A DNA stretch of 63,940 bases, the filler included, from Octopus bimaculoides (Eukaryota), in assembly GCF_001194135.2 (NCBI RefSeq). It is 7 parts of 7 records of this genome, joined end to end, with 100 filler letters (N's around TTAATTAATTAA, not from the genome) between each part and the next. Parts side by side here need not be neighbours in the genome. Positions count along the whole stretch, not along the records: positions 44,412 to 53,678 come from NC_068982.1; positions 53,779 to 58,369 come from NW_026359727.1; positions 58,470 to 60,699 come from NC_068991.1; positions 60,800 to 61,942 come from NW_026352602.1; positions 62,043 to 63,940 come from NW_026324053.1; 2 more parts are not named here. One strand, given 5' to 3'. Positions 49,850 through 63,411 of this stretch are shown piece after piece. Position 1 is the stretch's first letter. Each line of letters opens with the position of its first letter. The notes beneath the pieces were generated by a model. The model was not told the origin of the DNA and searched no databases. It saw only the letters and a list, made by a program, of their open reading frames with translations. The position numbers and the translations under genes are program-made.

Positions 49850-50370
49850 TAGCTAAGACTCATAACACAAGAAATAAACATAAAGAAAATAACCCTGAAA
49901 ACGAGGAAAAAAGGGTCATCTTTAGTAATAAGGAAATAGCGAAAGGTCTTGAAAATGAAACATGTGATTGTTCCAATAAAAATAGAAATAAATGTCCATT
50001 AAGAAATTTTTGTAGAGAAAAAGTATAATATATATAGGTGTTAAGTATCGTCAGAGGGGCAGGATTACTACTATATAGGCTCCACGGAAAATCATGTAAA
50101 AAGCAGGATAGCCAACCATGAAAGTACTTTTAGAGACAAGAGGAAAGAAATTAGCACTAGATTAAGTAGATTAATTTGGGAAATTCAGGGCAAAATAAGG
50201 AATATACACTGAAGTGGAAAGTAATGAGCAGGGCAAAAATCTTATAGGAATGGAAGCAAAAGGTATGACATATGCGTTGAGGAAATTTTCCAGATCATTA
50301 CATTCAAGCACAAATTAATCAACAATTAAAGAGAAAGAGGATTTTGTTGCCCACATAGGATTAAATATAC
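49850..50370 (+). mobile_element. Penelope-like (Naiad-type) GIY-YIG endonuclease remnant
   Basis: TCDCSNKNRNKCPLRNFC...IIYRC...YYIGSTE...RIANHESTF...LSRLIWE...LKWKV...ICVEE. Confidence 0.8.
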
Positions 50371-51329
50371 GTTTAATAAATTCAAATAAATAAAATTAAA
50401 TAGGCATTATTGGAATAGATATACAGCTAGTAATTTCATATAAATATAATTAAATAGGCATTATGTGAATAAATAAATATCTAGAAATATATCAATAGAG
50501 GAATACACATTGAAACTCTTACTGTTACCTGATGCATTAAGATAAATAATTTAACAATTATATTAAATAAATGAGGGATAGAGAATTTGTTACATTCATA
50601 AGGGAAAAGAAATATATGTATGTATAAATATATATATATATATGTACATATGTGTGTGTATATGCATGTATATATATATATATGTATATATATATATGTA
50701 TATATATATATGTGTGTGTGCATATATATTTATGTATACATATACACGTGTGTGTATGTATGTATATATATATGTGTATATATATGCGTGTGCATATATA
50801 TTTATGTATATATATACATGTGAGTATGCGTGTGTGTGGATGTGTGTATGTGTGTATGCATGTATGTATATATTTAATAAATTATATTTAAATAAACACT
50901 CCGGGAATGATAAAAATTAAAATAAACATAGGAAATAACATTAAAATGAAATGTACCCTCACCATTTGAAAATAGTCTAAATCCATACATGTGATACATA
51001 AAATTAATTTAACTAAAAATATATATAATAACCTAAACTATCAACAGATAAGACTAATACATCTGAATAAATAAAGATTGTAATGAAAATTGAAATTTTC
51101 ACAGCTAAAAAGTAGAAGTTAAATAGATATATTGATTTGGATTCTTGCTAATATATATATTTTATTTTTATTCTTTTCACAAGTGAGTAGAAATAGGAGT
51201 GGTAGCCAGCCCTGATAGAACTGACCTAGAGAGGATGGTAGTATATCCCAGATCCTTAAAACTACAATTAGCCATTGTTCACTGTGGTCGTAGTTTAACC
51301 TCAAGCTATTTTCAGAAAGGAATCCAAAA

Positions 51330-52527
51330 GATACACATGCCGACACACACAGCACAAGCACACAGAGGTATGCTGCTATCTCAGTCTGTAAGCAACTCTC
51401 CATCCATTAGGATGTGAACGAATATTTGTCAATTCTTGCCCTGAAGAGGTCTTCTGCTCATATAGTCTCATCCTTTCATCTGATGATACGTTGCGATAGA
51501 ATCATGCGACTTCTTTGGGTATGTATTCTAGGTTATCAGACAAAGAGTGTTGCCCAAGGAGCTGCCTTCCAAGTTTTATGATGTTATCAGCCCCATGTAT
51601 GCAAACTTGGTCAAGGGATGCACTTCGATACTTGGTGGTTAAAAGATGTTGCCGAAGAGATATGATGCGACATTCAAAGCCATTTTGGATTGATGTTAAG
51701 CCTTTGCCATCTTGTTTTCGTTTTAGGTAGAGGTGGTCAACATCATTGTTTATGTGGAAATTATGTGTGCTTGTTAGTATTTTTCAGGTTTTCACATCAA
51801 TGGCTCGGATTTCAACAAGCGTCTAATCAAGCAACCCAAATGTTGGTATAAGTACTGGCACTGCAAACACATTGTGGGCCACTGTTTTATTGAATGCAGA
51901 GAGTTTCTGAAGTCCAAATTTTCTTTATTTAGCTGTAATATTCTTTAGTGACACGTGTTTTGTTACAGGTGCCATTGTAAGATATACTTTCATCCACCCT
52001 AGATTCCTGTAACATTCCTTGTCAGATACAGAGTAAACAGTCAAATCATTGATGGAGATGTTACTGGTCTGGTTTATAGTCTTCCCCCTTTTCACAATAA
52101 TATAACAACATTTATCCTGACCAAACTCCAACCCTGCATCCTTTGAGAATGCTGTAACTAAGTCAAGGTTTCTTTTTATCTCATGCATATTCTTTGCATA
52201 AAGTTTTAAGTCATCCACAAACAAACAATGTGTAATTTTGGTATTTCTGTTTCCGTGTGAACCAGTGAAATATCCTTCAGACTTCCTTAACATGAAAGAC
52301 AAGCGGTTTACAGAAAGTATAAACAACATCACAGAGAGGCTGTCTCCTTGGAATATGCCTTTATGATATTGTATTCTATCAGTGATAATATAGTCACGCT
52401 TTGTGTATAATTTCAAGATGGTGTCCCACGATGAAGTCAGGTCAGCTATGGCTTTGACTATTCTCACTGGAATTTTAGCAAGTTGAAGGGCTTCTAGCAT
52501 CCAAGAGTGGGGAACAGAGTCAAAGGC
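51330..52527 (-). mobile_element. R4/Dong-clade LINE RT, 5'-truncated at (CATA)n
   Basis: AFDSVPHSWMLEAL, GIFQGDSLSVMLF, ITHCLFVDDLKLYA, GLEFGQDKC, DVDHLYLKRKQDGKGL. Confidence 0.9.
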
Positions 52528-52969
52528 TATGTATGTATGTATGTATGTATGTATGTATGTATGTATGTATGGGAGCTGACTTCTGGTCGGTTTAGAATGA
52601 TTTGTAGGTCTTAGGAGCCATATAAGACGTCATCAGCGGTGGGAAAACCAAACTTCAGATGTTTCTTAGAATGAAATAATCTAGAAGAGGTCTTACTAAG
52701 TTACTAGTCGGCTTCCAACATACACGCATGTGCATGTGTAAGCATGTATATATATATATATATATAGCAACGATAAGGCCAACGGTTTCCTATATTTAGG
52801 AGCCAAATCTCTCTCAAATAACACCCTGCCGTTTTTTAAACATGGAAGCACACATTGAATAACGTAGTTCCTGATACGCTCTATCAGAATAAAAGACGGA
52901 ATGGTCATAGTTGGAATTCCATTCGGTTTCAGGTCTACCATCAACTACAAGAACTCAAACCACCGTCAC

Positions 52970-53075
52970 CATTACAGCTGTTGTTACTGTTGCTGTTGCT
53001 GCTGATATTGCAACAACAACAACAACAACAACAACTACCACTACTACTACTACAACTACCACTACTACTACTACA

Positions 53076-53121
<46 letters not shown>

Positions 53122-53150
53122 ATACTACTACTACTACTAATACTACTAGC
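52970..53150. repeat. Compound trinucleotide tract (TGT/GCT)n(CAA)n(CTA)n
   Basis: Direct reading. Confidence 0.9.
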
Positions 53151-53460
53151 CATGCTAGGCATATTGAATTGCGAGTAAGGCTAAGAGTTCGCATGCAATA
53201 GATACGTGTTTCGAAAAGAGAGAGAATTATGTGTGAGAAAGGCGGTACTTAGATTGTACATCAAAGTGAACTTATCTAATTAAGGGAAAGATGTGACCTG
53301 ATATTAGCCATTAAACAGAATTTGATAATTAAATTATATTATCAATTGTATGAAATATTCTAAGTTTAGGGGCCCATAGCGATTAAAGTGTGAAGAGTTT
53401 AGGAAATAATCTAAGCGTACAAAATGTAATCATGTAATACACATACAGACATTCATATGC

Positions 53461-53546
<86 letters not shown>

Positions 53547-53840
53547 CTGTCTGTCTGGCTATGTGTCTGTGTGTCTCTGTGTATGTATACATATATATAT
53601 ATATTTAATATATATATTCTCATACAATGCATATATATATATACACACACACATACTTTTTATGTACATATATATGCANNNNNNNNNNNNNNNNNNNNNN
53701 NNNNNNNNNNNNNNNNNNNNNNTTAATTAATTAANNNNNNNNNNNNNNNNNNNNNNNNNNNNNNNNNNNNNNNNNNNNTATGTTTGCGAACGTGAACACA
53801 TCTGAACTCATTATATGTTAGTTTATTAGTTAGTTTATGC

Positions 53841-55290
53841 TTAGAAAATAGAATAAAAAAACAACTGAAGATTGCACAAGTTGCAATACCTCCTACCCTT
53901 ATAGTATGGGAAATTCCTCCCTATAATAGACCATTCTAACGAAAAGTTCTTATTTTGTTCTTTTAACCCCCAAATAAACCTACTGAGACTAGTACTAGCT
54001 ATTTTACTCCTATCTCTAAACGTATTAAAGTGACAAGAATTTCTCCTACAAATCTTATCCGATGAACAACCCACATAAACACTAACATTTGTATCACTCT
54101 TAACCTTACACTGATACACTATATTCCTTAATCTCATGTTCGGACCCTCAAACTTTAACATCCTGGGATTAATCTCAGTTACCTCAATCTTAGAACCTAT
54201 AATATCATTACGTAAGTGAGGGTCCTCATCCCTATTCATTCCATTCATGCCTCTCTTAAGAACTTTAGAATTATGTACTGCAAAAATCTGCTCTAGGTTC
54301 TTAGTATTGGAAAAACCAAACCTGACATTATGCGTATTAATAATGTTACTGTAACGTGAATTTACAGGGAAATGCTTACTAATTACCGCCCTAAACTGAG
54401 CTACCAAATTCGACTTAACATTTTTACCAAATGGTAAAATAAACCAAAGATAACCATCATTAATATTATTAAAGCCTTTTGCAAAATACCTAAAACGTTT
54501 AGAATTACGCATTACATTATTACGATTATATCTATGAATTTTTTTTTATTTTTATTATTACTCCTAACCAACCTAAGCTTATTATTTCTAACATCCCTAT
54601 TTACTCTAACCTCACCAGATTCAGGTTCAACATAATAAACCTTATCTTTAAAACCAGCCCTATTTAGAACTTCATTATAAAAAGGAGCTTCATTATCGAA
54701 AACAACACGATTAGCTGATAACTTAGAAAGTCTAATCGAAATATTTCTAACTAAATTATCAATAATACTTCTAGGGTGGTTACTCCATCTACTTATATAT
54801 TTCAAATTAGTAGACGGTTTATGGTACGGTCTATACGTATCGTTTTTTTTATATCAAGTGTCACATCTAAATAATTAGCTAGCGAAATATCATCATCGTA
54901 AGTGACACTCATTCCCATCCTATTTAAAAATCTATATAACCTACCTTTAAGTATCTGCAAACATTGGGTAGAATAATTCCTAATATTAATAAGACAATCG
55001 TCCCTATATAAACCGCCCCTAACCATAGGGAATTGATCAGCCAATTCATACAAAATATAGGTACCCACAACATCCGCTATTTGAGCTGAGTCAGAACTTC
55101 CCATAGGAACATCGAAAGCATTAGGAGTATCTTTACGAATCTAAATCTTATCATTAAAAGAAATAAAGGACTTCCTAGCAGCTAACACTACTTCTACTTC
55201 ACCCCTAGTAAGCCCTGCCTTGTTATGGAAGAACCAAAGAGCCTTATTAAGTACGCTAGGGTTAATAGGATTTTTTTTCGCCATGAACGG
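53841..55290 (-). mobile_element. Penelope-like (Naiad-type) retroelement: RT C-half, thumb and GIY-YIG endonuclease, few lesions
   Basis: ARKSF...FDVPMGSSDSAQIADVVG...GLYRDD...YLDVTLD...SNHP...KHFP...IVYQC...YVGCS...SLSRFIWGLK...CNLC; two frameshifts (about 54845, 54512) and one stop (about 55140). Confidence 0.9.
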
Positions 55291-56294
55291 TTTGTGTTTT
55301 TAAACGGAATGTATTTTTTCTGATGTTAGATTTATTCCTGAATGATGTGTAAATAAATGTTGATTTAAGTCTCTCTTAATGAATTCTTTATACTGAAATA
55401 TATATTGAAGAAAATAAATATGTTAATTTGAATTTATACGTTTTTGCGCCGTAACTTCTTTATCATTATTAATATAACCAAAAGGATCGATTCTTGAAGA
55501 GTCTGCATACCTTCACTGTCGTCTTTTTCTGCTATTTTGGTGATGATTTTTTGAGTTAGCTTACCAATTATTTTTGTTGGTNNNNNNNNNNNNNNNNNNN
55601 NNNNNNNNNNNNNNNNNNNNNNNNNNNNNNNNNNNNNNNNNNNNNNNNNNNNNNNNNNNNNNNNNNNNNNNNNNNNNNNNNNNNNNNNNNNNNNNNNNNN
55701 NNNNNNNNNNNNNNNNNNNNNNNNNNNNNNNNNNNNNNNNNNNNNNNNNNNNNNNNNNNNNNNNNNNNNNNNNNNNNNNNNNNNNNNNNNNNNNNNNNNN
55801 NNNNNNNNNNNNNNNNNNNNNNNNNNNNNNNATATATATATATATATATATAATTTTTAGGAGTCAGGATTCATTTCGTCAGTATATATCTCAGCATCGG
55901 TATGCTTCATAACATTGTATGTAAATATAAATTTGCAGATACATTATAAAATTATAGAACATAAATATAATCGCATGACATCATATGAAATTGTGTGTCG
56001 GTGTTTGGAATCTATGAGAAAACTATTATGCATGGGTGGTCAATGTGTTTCATTCATCGAAATTATCAAATTGATGAAATGATGGTCAAAAAGGTATCTA
56101 CATATTTATATTTACGTATATTGTTATGAAATGTTCCTATGTTGAGAAATGGTTTATTGATAAAGACGTCGATTTTTACATTTCCATCGGATGACATACT
56201 TCCTTGTAATTTAGAAAGTTCATTTGCATATGTGTGTGTGCGCGCGCATGTGTGTGTGTACGTGTGGGCGTGTGTGTGTGTGTGTATGCGCATA

Positions 56295-56659
56295 ACTCTT
56301 TACTTGTTTAAGTCTTTTGACTCTGGCCATGCTGGAGCACCGCCTTTAGTCGAGCAAATCGACCCCAGGACTTATTCTTTGGAAGCCTAGTACTTATACT
56401 ACGGTCTCTTTTGCAAAACCGCTAAGTTACGGGGACGTAAACACACCAGCATCGGTTGTCAAGCGATGCTGGGGGGGGGGCGACGAACACAGACATACAA
56501 ACACATACACACATACATATATACGTTTACATATATACGACAGGCTTCTTTCAGTTTCCGTCTACCAAATCCACTCACAAGACTTTGTCCGGCCCGAGGC
56601 TAGAGTAGAAGACACTTGCCTAAGATGCCACGCATTGAGACTGAACCCGGGACCATGTG
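56295..56659 (-). mobile_element. SINE A lacking the 5'-most head
   Basis: Matches 26021-26390. Confidence 0.9.
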
Positions 56660-56861
56660 TATCATAGCTGAAAGAGAACAGCCGTAGGCGAAAGAATTAC
56701 TAAAATTATTCCTTATATGTCTTGTGAGCCCAACCAAAGTTTTACATATTCTATTACATATTGCACAGTTGTGCTGGTTGGCAGGAGAAACAGGTACAAC
56801 CTATGTACTTTCCTATCAAATGTTTTCAGATCATATGTTTTCATTTATAATCATACATATA

Positions 56862-57094
56862 CAGGGATTAGCATGAGTTGCTTCTCCAACATACTGAAAA
56901 TTTAGAAATACCAGTCAAACAAGTACTGATTCCAAACTACAAATGTTTGCTTTTCTCTTCTGTTTTTGTTCTGTGTGTGCCATAAATATCGCCATCCGTT
57001 ACAGAAAAAAAATTTGTAGTTTGGAAACAGTAGTTCTTTGACTGCTATTTCTAAATGTTCAGTATGTTGGAGAAGCAACTCATGCTAATCCCCG
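56862..57094. mobile_element. Fold-back MITE with about 83-bp TIRs and TA target duplication
   Basis: 56858-56944 is the reverse complement of 57012-57098 with 6 mismatches in 87; TA|CAGGG...CCCCG|TA. Confidence 0.8.
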
Positions 57095-57521
57095 TATATT
57101 TATANNNNNNNNNNNNNNNNNNNNNNNNNNNNNNNNNNNNNNNNNNNNNNNNNNNNNNNNNNNNNNNNNNNNNNNNNNNNNNNNNNNNNNNNNNNNNNNN
57201 NNNNNNNNNNNNNNNNNNNNNNNNNNNNNNNNNNNNNNNNNNNNNNNNNNNNNNNNNNNNNNNNNNNNNNNNNNNNNNNNNNNNNNNNNNNNNNNNNNNN
57301 NNNNNNNNNNNNNNNNNNNNNNNNNNNNNNNNNNNNNNNNNNNNNNNNNNNNNNNNNNNNNNNNNNNNNNNNNNNNNNNNNNNNNNNNNNNNNNNNNNNN
57401 NNNNNNNNNNNNNNNNNNNNNNNNNNNNNNNNNNNNNNNNNNNNNNNNNNNNNNNNNNNNNNNNNNNNNNNNNNNNNNNNNNNNNNNNNNNNNNNNNNNN
57501 NNNNNNNNNNNNNNNNNNNNN

Positions 57522-57552
<31 letters not shown>

Positions 57553-58469
57553 GAAACGCACATAAATGTATTATATATGTATGTTGTTTGTATACGCATA
57601 ACAGGGCAAATTTAAATGTAAATTTCTCTGTGAATGAGCGCGATTGCAGAGGAGTACATGGCCAGAAACATAAATACAATGCATATCTCCGTTTTTGAAA
57701 GTGTTGTAAACCATAAACATTTTCCCTAATCAGAGGAAACATAACTTTGGCTCCATGCATTCGTGTTAAGCAACACAGAGTTGTATTTAGAATTTTGCTG
57801 ATGATTCCACATCTGTTTGTATATGGTTGACATTCCTTCGAACGAAATGGATTACGTTTTGGTTAGGAATCCTTAAGGGCGTCACGTTTTCGCAGTTTGA
57901 TAAATAGCTACTCATATATGTGTAATTTTTCTTTTAAATGCAAATTGTTGCGTTGGGTTTTATAACATGTTGTTTGTCTTTGGAACTTTTATCCTTTATC
58001 GTTCTTCATTTTCTTTATCACACTCACAAGCATACACATATTTATATGTATGTATATAGGCATTTATGTATACATGCATGTATGTGTTTTCTTGATGCAT
58101 GTATGTATGCGTGTATGAATGTATATCTTTACGTATGTGTAATTGTATGTAAGCAGACATGATGTATGCATGCATGCATGCATATGTGCGTGCATATTAT
58201 GAAGGAATGGAAAAATCCCAGAAAAATAAAACATCATGCAATTCCCCTGGAAAAACAATTTACATTTAAAATATACATAGGCAAGCAACTATTTATCAAG
58301 CAAGGAAAACGTGACGCCGTTCTTGAATTCTAGCCAACATGTACACCATATATGCATGTATGTATGTATNNNNNNNNNNNNNNNNNNNNNNNNNNNNNNN
58401 NNNNNNNNNNNNNTTAATTAATTAANNNNNNNNNNNNNNNNNNNNNNNNNNNNNNNNNNNNNNNNNNNN

Positions 58470-58769
58470 GGCTGCTCAAGAGTGGGCAGCAAAAAAAACC
58501 TATTTGTATATGCTCCACAAGGGAAAACAAGGAACATTGTTTACAACGAGGTGTTATAATCACAACAGCAAGAAAGTATGTACATGATCACCTTCTTTTA
58601 CGAAACTTCATTGACTTTCATATATTTATATTGATATACATATATATACGTGTGTTTGGGTGCGTGTTTGTATATACATCTCTATATATAAAGATGATGC
58701 GTAGTCTAGACGGCGTTTTTAGATTTCATTATTCTCTTTAACCCGGGCAACGCCGGGTATTTCAGCTAG
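58470..58769 (+). mobile_element. Helitron 3' end: RepHel helicase C-terminus plus terminal hairpin-CTAG
   Basis: GCSRVGSKKNLFVYAPQGKTRNIVYNEVL* (58470-58559); CCCGG-GCAACG-CCGGG (58742-58757); CTAG (58766-58769) followed by T. Confidence 0.85.
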
Positions 58770-59334
58770 TAATATATATATATATCGTGTACCACAATTA
58801 ATTCGGTGTCCTCTTTGATATCCTTCCGGCAACTCCGGAGTAGGTGGAGGTCTTCAGACCTGTAAGACAATACACCTTCATCGAAGTAATTAGAACTGGT
58901 CACCCGCGATTAGAAAATGTCAGCTGAGCATTTATTAGATATTTATATAAATGCAATGCTTCAGAGTTATAGAGACAGTTAAATATAATTATGTTCATGA
59001 CTTTCTAAGCGACTATGAAGAGGTAGTAATGGTTGCCAACATTATTCCCCAAACAGTTTTCCGGGACGAGCATAGTTCAGGAAAGCTATTGGTGGACTTG
59101 AAAATACATACATACATACACACATGCATACACGCACACACACATACATACACATATGTATCTTTGTATGCATTTTATGCTATGTGTGTAGGTATGCATG
59201 CATGTATGTATATAAGCATATATGTATGTGTGTTCGGATATACATATGTACATGCACATATACATAATACATACATGCACACGCATACACACACATACAT
59301 ACATACATACATACATACATACATACATACATAC

Positions 59335-60120
59335 GGCAGATTGCTACTAAATACCTAATCAACAAAGAGACAGTGAAGCTCATGGAGTTCCATGATGCAA
59401 CCGTAAATGTAAATTATGCTATATTTCAGTGGAAGACATCACACATGTGATTAGCAGCTACCTAACAATGTCATCAAGGTACTACCACCCTATGCGACAT
59501 GACATTGTCGCAAAAACTATATACAATGCCATTCAGAAAAAAGACAGTCTGGAATAAATATAGTGAATCCCCTTGTTACTGAAAACGCACACAAATACCA
59601 GCACAAGAAATACTGGTGGAACATTCTCATCAAAACATCTGTCAAGTGTGAACATAACAGTCCAGATATTGTTGTTTGGGACAGACAAGAGAAAGTATGT
59701 ACCGTCATAGAGATCAACTGTTCTGCTGGTGTAACTATTTCTTTGAAAATCAAAGAGAAAGATGATAACAATGGACAACTGCATCAAAGCCTCCAGATTT
59801 TATATCCAGATTACGAATTTACATTTATACGAATAATAAATGGTGCACTTGGTTTTTGTAAGTAAATGTTTGCCAGTCTGGATAACGTTGGATTTTCAGA
59901 AAAAGAAATCAACCAACTGATTTGCGTATTACAAATACAACCTATAAGTGGAGCAGTAAAACTATGCAAGACTTTTCTCAGTTTTAAAATGTGACCCTGT
60001 TTTCGTTATCTACATTCCAACGATGAAGCTTTGTATCTTTGTTAGAAACCAGCTCCTTCTTCAGAGGAAGAATTTAAATGATTGAATTTAAATTTTTGAT
60101 TGAATTTAAATGATTGAATA
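59335..60120 (+). mobile_element. R4-clade LINE 3' part: zinc knuckle, restriction-like endonuclease and 3' UTR, flanked by (CATA)n
   Basis: CKLC...ITHVISS, RHDIVAK, PDIVVWD...IEI...KEK...GALG; stop 59992-59994. Confidence 0.9.
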
Positions 60121-60156
60121 CAAAAGAGACATGCATACATACATACACGCACACCA

Positions 60157-60531
60157 GTTGTTGGCACTCCGTCGTTTACGACGTCGAGGGTTCCAGTTCA
60201 TCCGATCAACGGAACAGCCTGCTCGAGAAATTAACGTGCAAGTGGCTGAGCACTCCACAGACACGTGTACCCTTAATGTAGTTCTCGGGGATATTCAGCG
60301 TGACACAGTGTGACAAGGCTGACCCTTTGAATTACAGGCACAACAGAAACAGGAAGTAAGAGTGAGAGAAAGTTGTGGTGAATGAATACAGCAGGGTTCG
60401 CCACCATCCCCTGCCGGAGACTCGTGGAGCCTTAGCTCAATAAACACTCACAACGCCCGGTCTGGGAATCGAAACCGCGAGCCTATGACCGCGAGTCCGC
60501 TGCCCTAACCACTGGGCCATTGCACCTCCAC
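60157..60531 (-). mobile_element. Full-length SINE C (about 375 bp)
   Basis: tRNA-like head to CACTCCGTCG tail, contiguous. Confidence 0.9.
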
Positions 60532-60657
60532 TCACGCACACCCGTAAATTTATAAATACATGCAAAGGAGCTGATTTCTTATTGGTTTTGCAATTACTTG
60601 CCAAGTGAAAGAAATCGAACTTGAAATTTATTCTCTCCGAAACAACATAGTTATTAA

Positions 60658-60699
<42 letters not shown>

Positions 60700-61099
60700 N
60701 NNNNNNNNNNNNNNNNNNNNNNNNNNNNNNNNNNNNNNNNNNNTTAATTAATTAANNNNNNNNNNNNNNNNNNNNNNNNNNNNNNNNNNNNNNNNNNNNA
60801 AAACTTACCATTTTTACCTCCCACACTTCCTCAACAAAAATTATTCTTATGACCAACTCCGATACCAGAGGTCAAGTCTTGGATTTATCTAATCACTAGC
60901 CATTGCCTATTAAATATTACTCATGCTTAAGCATTCTCCAACACACTCTGTATGTTAATGTGGTAAGGCTACAAATCTTCCAATACAGAACATTGTTTGC
61001 AGACTTTCTCCTAGTTTTATCCTCATATCTTTTCTAATTTACCTGAATTGCATCTGCAAATGATTGCACATATACACCAAATATACTGACACAAACATA

Positions 61100-63369
61100 T
61101 TTAAGCACACCAGAGTACATTACATATATATATACATACAATGCATTTATACAACTTGTCTATACACTCAGTAGATATTTGTGTGTGTATGTATGTATAC
61201 TATGCTAATATACTACACAAACATACATACATATACACATATATACAAGCACAGTTATATAATACAAACACATTCACACTACTTACAAATATTATCACAT
61301 AAGATTATAGAACAACAAATATGTGTGAGCTGTGTGTGTGGGTGTGTGTGTGTGTGTATGTTTGCATGTGTGTGAGTGCTATTCTATGGGTATAAGTTAC
61401 CTGTTCTTGTTTTTATGGATGTGCCTTTCCATGTGTATATTTGAATGCATGTTTTTGTATGCATATGCATGTGTGTGTGTGTGTATGTGTTTGTAAGTGT
61501 TTGTTGTATGTTTGTATGTGAATGTGTGTTTGTATCTATGTGTTTGCATGTATATGCTTGCAAGCCAGTATGTTTGCATGTGTGTGTTCGTGTGTATGTA
61601 TGTATGTGTGTATGTGTGTATGCATGCATATTGTTAAGCATATGCGCTTGTATGTGCATTTATTTGCATTCACATGCACATTTAGATGTGTGTTCTTGCA
61701 TCCATGCATGCGTGTATTTGCATGCCTATATTTGGGTGCGTATGCATGTGTTTACATGTGTGTATGATTGTATGTTTCTGATGGGTCTGCATATATATAT
61801 ATATATATAATTTATATACAATAAACATATATATTTATATTATATATCATATATTACATATACATATATAATATATTATACATATATCATACATATATAT
61901 ATATATATATACACACACACATATTATATATATATATATATANNNNNNNNNNNNNNNNNNNNNNNNNNNNNNNNNNNNNNNNNNNNTTAATTAATTAANN
62001 NNNNNNNNNNNNNNNNNNNNNNNNNNNNNNNNNNNNNNNNNNTATATATATATATATGTACATATATATACATATATATACATACATAAATAAGTAGGTT
62101 AGTACCTACTTATATAGGCATGTACATATATATACATATAGACATATACATATAGATATACTCACATGCATATGCATAGAAAACATGAATATGAATAATT
62201 GCATATATGTATGTGTGTGTATGTGTGTATGTGAATGTGTGTGTGTTATATTTAAACGCCTACACACATATAACATGTATATGAGTATATACTTATGATA
62301 TACACATACATACACACACTATCACACACAAACACACAAACACATTTACATATAATATATATATCCGTATATACGTATATAAATTGATACAAAAACCTAT
62401 ACACATACACACATATGCATATAAGAATTGTGTATAAATGCAATTGTATCGCATGTGTATATGTCTGACTTTATGTGTGAGCATTCCTACATACATACAT
62501 ATATATGAACACATGCATTTATATATATATACACACATGCATTTATATATATAGATACATGTTTATATACACAAGTTTGTATATATATATGTATATATAT
62601 GCATATAAATATATACATGCATGAATATATATATATGCATATATGTATGAATATATGTATTCATATATATATACATATGTGTGTGTGCGCATGCGTATGT
62701 ATAAGTACGTCAGTTATGATCTTTCTTTATTGTAATGTATATATTTTTTTCTTCCCTTTCTAATCCGAAAAACGCCTTCAGCTAATTCCATGATTTATTG
62801 TAATGTCTTTGCACCTAATTTATAATTATTCCTTGTCAAACACCTTCCGATGCTTACCATTTTTCAGATATATCGGATCACTTGCTTCCAGGTGGCATTT
62901 TACCATTCCTCATCAATAGGAACACGGTCTGTGATTAGTGCAAATCAGAGCAGATATTTAGAACCGAGGGAGATCGTCTCTTCATTAGCTTGCGTCACGT
63001 GCGTTCTTTTGTTTTCTCCAAATCGCCATTGTCTTTGTTAGAGTGTATAGTATGTTATAGGGATGTGTAGAGTATATGAGTGTACATACAATGTACGAAG
63101 AGGATGTGGGTGGTTTGTTTTATGTATGCATGTGTGTGTATATGTATATGCACGTATGTATACATATGTGTGCTTGCATGTGTATACATACACACCTACA
63201 TATATACATACATATATATATATTTATATGTACATATAAATATATCAGTATATATGTATGTTTTCTATGTACGTACATACACAAGTACGTATGTAAATGC
63301 ATACATAACATATATATATAGACAGACAGACAGATAGATAGATAGATAGATAGATAGATNNNNNNNNNN

Positions 63370-63410
<41 letters not shown>
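61100..63410. repeat. Extended degenerate TA/CA/TG low-complexity region
   Basis: Direct reading; contains a short unique island at about 62740-63050. Confidence 0.85.

Positions 63411-63411
<1 letters not shown>

Noticed and set aside
49850-55290. Selenocysteine recoding, reported for some Naiad elements
   Set aside because: The stops I checked are TAA or TAG, and no in-frame TGA was seen at cysteine positions.
57051-57110. ORF ending YTGISMSCFSNILNI, mirroring ORF 56717-56905
   Set aside because: A by-product of the MITE inverted repeat and the N gap.
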